Shown in pieces: positions 59,960 through 64,000 of a DNA stretch of 64,000 bases. The notes below the pieces were generated by a model. That model searched no databases. It had not been told where the DNA came from and saw only the letters and a program-made list of their open reading frames with translations. Every line of letters starts with the position of its first letter. Position 1 is the stretch's first letter. Made by a program: the position numbers and the translations under genes. Source of the DNA: Octopus sinensis (lineage: Eukaryota). The stretch lies in NCBI RefSeq assembly GCF_006345805.1, contig NC_043000.1, positions 105,276,001-105,340,000 of the forward strand, read 5' to 3'.

Positions 59960-61150
59960 CTTTAAAACCTTCTCTGAAATGTGGCATTTGATGAATGGGA
60001 GAGTTCGATATCAGCTCTATCATATTGTGATCCGAGATTAGTTTCGGTGTCATTTTCACATTATGGATGATATCCATATTGTTTGAGCAGCCGAGATTCA
60101 GTATATTGTTTGTTCTGGTTTGTTAGAACACAATTTGCTCCATAAATAAAACGTTGGCAAGGTTCACCAGGGACTCCACCTATACTTGTTGGCGTTACGT
60201 CAGTCCTGAGAGCATGAGGTCCATAGGCCATTCCATATTGAGGTTATTGAAGACACCCACAAGGAATACACGGATGTGTTGCTTCAGTTTGGTTAGAGCT
60301 TTTTATATTTTTGCCTGTGCGATTTGGAGTAACCGGTGGGCGATATGTAATACATATAACAATATCGAGTTGTTTTACGTGTACAATTTGAGTGTCAGGG
60401 AACAAATTTTTGTTATACCTTTGAGGTGCAACAGACCTCTGATATTCAATAAAAATATTGGTGTAACCCCTGCACTGGTGTTAGTGGCGGCCATCCTGTA
60501 TCCGTTAACCGTGGTGTCCTCATGTGATGATGGGCATAGTTCTGAGTCTGTGGTTGATATAGCTAGATCGGCTGCTGCATAGTCTTTTGTTCAGCTGTTG
60601 CCCTTTTCACATCTGGGTGAAGCTGGTTGTTTTAAGTAATGCTCACTACGTCTGCATATCATCTTTTAGAAGTAGACAGTGCGCATTAATTCTTCATTAG
60701 TACATCCCTTTTCTTTGTACTCCTTCTGAAAAGTTCTGTTTCAAGCCCCTGCCGTTTCGGCAGGGTTGCGCATGTACAAAACGGCAGTTTGCATCATCGT
60801 CTCCGTACCAGCAGTTTCCTTGCTGGAAAATCTGTAAATGTTTCCTCTTTTACACCTCCTATTTCTTTTGTCCGCGTTGTCGGAGATCTTTTTTTGCCCA
60901 AAGTTTTGTCATGGTTTATCTTGGAGGATTTACTTTTGTTTTTGTATTTTCTCCCTTTTCGTTGTATCTTTCTCTTGTTCTCGGTTGTTTCTAGAAGCTT
61001 CTGTTTTATCTTTGAAGCTTTAGTTTTATCTGGCAGTCTGCAGTGATGGAAGCAGGACCAGAATCATCGGAATACTTTTCCTTAGCAGGCCTTTCGGTCG
61101 TGGCTTCGGCTTTATCTTTTTAAGGGTCTACTGGGCCATGGAAACATCTG
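59960..61150 (-). mobile_element. 5' part of a CR1/L2-group LINE: ORF1 with Cys/His fingers and APE endonuclease
   Basis: Minus strand QIFQQGNCWYGDDDANCRFVHAQPCR (CCCH-like), ICITYRPP, FMEQIV...NNILNL..SNNMDIIHNVKMTPKLISDHNMIEL. Heavily decayed. Confidence 0.7.
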
Positions 61151-61279
61151 TTTTCCGTATGACTATCCCCATCTTAATCATCTTTATTCCAATCGTTTCC
61201 CGGAATGGCATCCAGAATGTTGCTGTATAGTCTGAGGAGGACATAGGAATGACATCCGGAATGTTGATTTATAGTCTGA

Positions 61280-61370
<91 letters not shown>

Positions 61371-63409
61371 ATAAATTTAGTTGTGACTTCCGGTATATGC
61401 AGATTTAAAAGGAGTTTCATATGTCTAGTATATATTTTAAATGTTACATTTTCAGTTTTTCTAACTCTCTAAATACTTAGAATTTTTGTTGAAGCTCATT
61501 CATCATTCGCAGATATTTCATATTTAACAAATGATGATTCGGTTTAAAAATAAATTCGAAATATCTATCACCGTTAAAAGCAAATATAGCTAGGATGTTT
61601 GATAACGAGCCACGTCACTATGTTGTCGGTGTTAAAAACATGTCCGAAGCCTATTTGTAATTGAGTGTTAAGCGACATTGCACATTTTGTACATTGACCA
61701 AATGAACTAGACGTGGTAACTTGGCCTACTCGAAATAGCACCCTACTGTCTGAAGAAACGAACAATGGTAAAAAATACTCATAAATAGTAAAAAGTCGAG
61801 ATGCAACGCCTTTGATCATAACTCTCTTCTGTGAAGGAGGACCAAGAATATCAATAATTTTCTGTTTTCTTTTTTCTTTTTTTTTTTTCTTTTCTACTAT
61901 TATAGGCACAAGGCTTGAAGCTGTGGGGATTGGGGGCTAAGTGATTATATCGACCCGTGTATTTAATTTCGACTTATTTTATCGATTCGAAAAGATGAAA
62001 GACAAAGTCGACCTCGGCAGAATTTAAACTGAAGCTGATTTTTGCCTTTCTTCCTTCTGGATTCGATAAAGTGTAATACCAGACAAGAACTGATGTTGAT
62101 ATAACCGAGTATACTACTCTTTCAAATTCGAGGCCCCGTGCCTTTATTAAAAATCAATAGGTTGGTCGATTGGTCGAACCGTCAGGGCGTCTGTCTTGCG
62201 GTATTTCTTCCGTACGTTTACTTTCCGAGTTCTGAATCTTACCGAGGTCAATTTTGGCTTTCATATTTCAGATATTGATAAAACACAATGCCAGCGAAGT
62301 ATCAGAATCGATATAATCGACTATACCCATTCTTTCCCTTCCCAGATAATGTTTTGTCAATGCTAAGAAAATAGCATTTCTCAGAGTCTATCCATCTATT
62401 GCACTTTTGGGAGTGCCTTTTCATTTTGCCAAACATTAAACGCAGGCTGTGTTGTTTGGTTGTAGTTGCAACCGTTTAGCCTCAGATAAACTCTGATCAA
62501 GCTATTCTATGACCGAAAGCATTCCAGTGTGACCATCTTTTTTGGTTTGTTTTTGTTTTCACAGACATAATATATCTAAGATGAAGTTAATCAATGAGAT
62601 TTATCTGCTACACCTAGCAGGTCAAGCTACTTCATAGAAGTTCCCGTGTAGTGGTTATTGCTCTGAACTCCCAACTGCACGTAGGTAGTCGGCTGAATAT
62701 GTAGGTGGATTAAGATACACCACACATCCTCCTAGTGGAGGACTACACTGTATATTCCGATGTACAGCGATCAATTGCATGAGATGTAATGTGGTTGTCT
62801 GGACATAGGGCATATAGTGATCAACTATATGGGGTGTAGCGTTGGTGTCTGGGCATACGTACGACATAGTTATACGAGTGGAGCCTTGGTGTTTGGATAA
62901 TTTGCTACACTATCCATTCTATTTCTATGTGTCTGTTATTACTGCTGTTGTTGTTGCTAGATGGGATGCAGTGTTGGTCTCTAGTTTTTCGAAGCATTTC
63001 AGTTAATACCATCCCATCTTTTTTGTGTATCTGAAACTACATTTATCAACATCTCCATTTTTAAGCTTGTAGTGTATAAGTTGAAGGAAATTGGGATGTT
63101 ATTTATGGTAAGCCTAGTAGCCTCGTATACATTCTCTCATTGGCGGTCATATTACGCTGGAAACATTCGCTCTTGACCGCATGTTCACATATTCTGGCGG
63201 TCATCACACTAGAGCTAAGCAAAATGAACTCTCTCCCCAGGATAGCTGGTATATATTTTCGTTATTTTGCTAAATCGTTTTGTTGTTATCTAAATTGGCA
63301 TATCCATTATCAACTAACATTATCATGAAACGAGGGAAATCACTAGACCTACTAGTAGTAGCCGCCACATCTCTCAAATTCTCACTACTGTCTTTGATAA
63401 GGGAAGCAA

Positions 63410-63590
63410 CAGCAATGGCCCAGTGGTTAGGGCAGCGGACTCGCGGTCGTAAGAACGCGGTTTCGATTCCCAGACCGGGCGTTGTGAGTGTTTATTGAGC
63501 AAAAACACCCAAGCTCCACAAGGCTCCGGCGGGGAGAGGTGGTGAACCCCGCTGTACTCTTTCACCATAACTTTCTCTCACTCTTTCTTA
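63410..63590 (+). mobile_element. tRNA-derived SINE
   Basis: A-box 'tggcccagtggttagg' and B-box 'ggtttcgattccc'; no CCA or acceptor stem, continues into a SINE body. Confidence 0.7.
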
Positions 63591-63881
63591 CTACTTCTGT
63601 CACAAAGCAAAGGAACCATGGTGTAACCCACTATGGTGTGGTAAACTTTCAGACCCTAGTCTAGATTGCGAATCCTCTGTACCCCAGGATGGTTAAGCTC
63701 TCCACCCGTTAAAAGCCACCGTTTACGGAATGAGGATAACAACGTAGCTTTCACGCCCGTGCAACCGCCAGTCTATCGCGTGTGGTGGGTGGATCTTCAA
63801 GTTGTCACACGCATTCTTAATAGCTTAGAGTAGGCTCGAATTAGAGATTATTCTTTGTGGCTAATGGCGTGAGTCCTGATT

Positions 63882-63978
63882 GGAAGAAGAAGAAGAAGAG
63901 AAGAAGAAGAAGAAGAAGAAGAAGAAGAAGAAGAAGAAGAAGAAGAAGAAGAAGAAGAAGAAGAAGAAGAAGAAGAAG
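63882..63978. repeat. (GAA)n microsatellite
   Basis: Direct reading. Confidence 0.95.
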
Positions 63979-64000
63979 CTGTTTGACAGAGGCTCACTGA

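Noticed and set aside
62655-62867. 70-aa minus-strand ORF with a PPTY motif
   Set aside because: No splice acceptor or domain support; compatible with chance.
63410-63490. tRNA gene (also 5585-5650 and 541-610)
   Set aside because: A/B boxes are present but no complete cloverleaf, and each runs into a repeated SINE body.

Overview
Eukaryotic, extremely microsatellite- and transposon-rich DNA. The SINE types and (TA)/(CA)/(TACA)/(TAGA) density suggest an octopus or other coleoid cephalopod genome (inference, no database search). Only one host coding segment is supported: a 217-bp first coding exon on the minus strand (19864-20080) of a claudin/PMP22-like tetraspan protein; its downstream exons were not found. 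The rest is SINEs, simple repeats and decayed or near-intact mobile elements: CR1/L2-like, L1/Tx1, RTE and R4/Dong LINEs, a Gypsy pol fragment, Penelope, Tc1/mariner, pogo/Tigger, hAT and Helitron pieces. The most notable structure is a 3.1-kb array (24711-27810) of ~487-bp units with a central inversion, bounded by (TA)n on both sides. Each unit carries a type I hammerhead ribozyme fold: CUGAUGA/GAAA core, 8-bp stem I, GUA cleavage site, palindromic UGCA loop III, and a 68-nt stem II containing a 19-bp helix with five G-U pairs. It looks like a retrozyme/circRNA-type element. It sits among several other (TA)n-anchored tandem or fold-back elements, two degenerate minimal Penelope-type hammerhead motifs and a Penelope RT/GIY-YIG remnant. 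Many lesions in young elements are single-base deletions, which may be long-read assembly errors. No rRNA, true tRNA or CRISPR array was seen. Boundaries of old elements are approximate.
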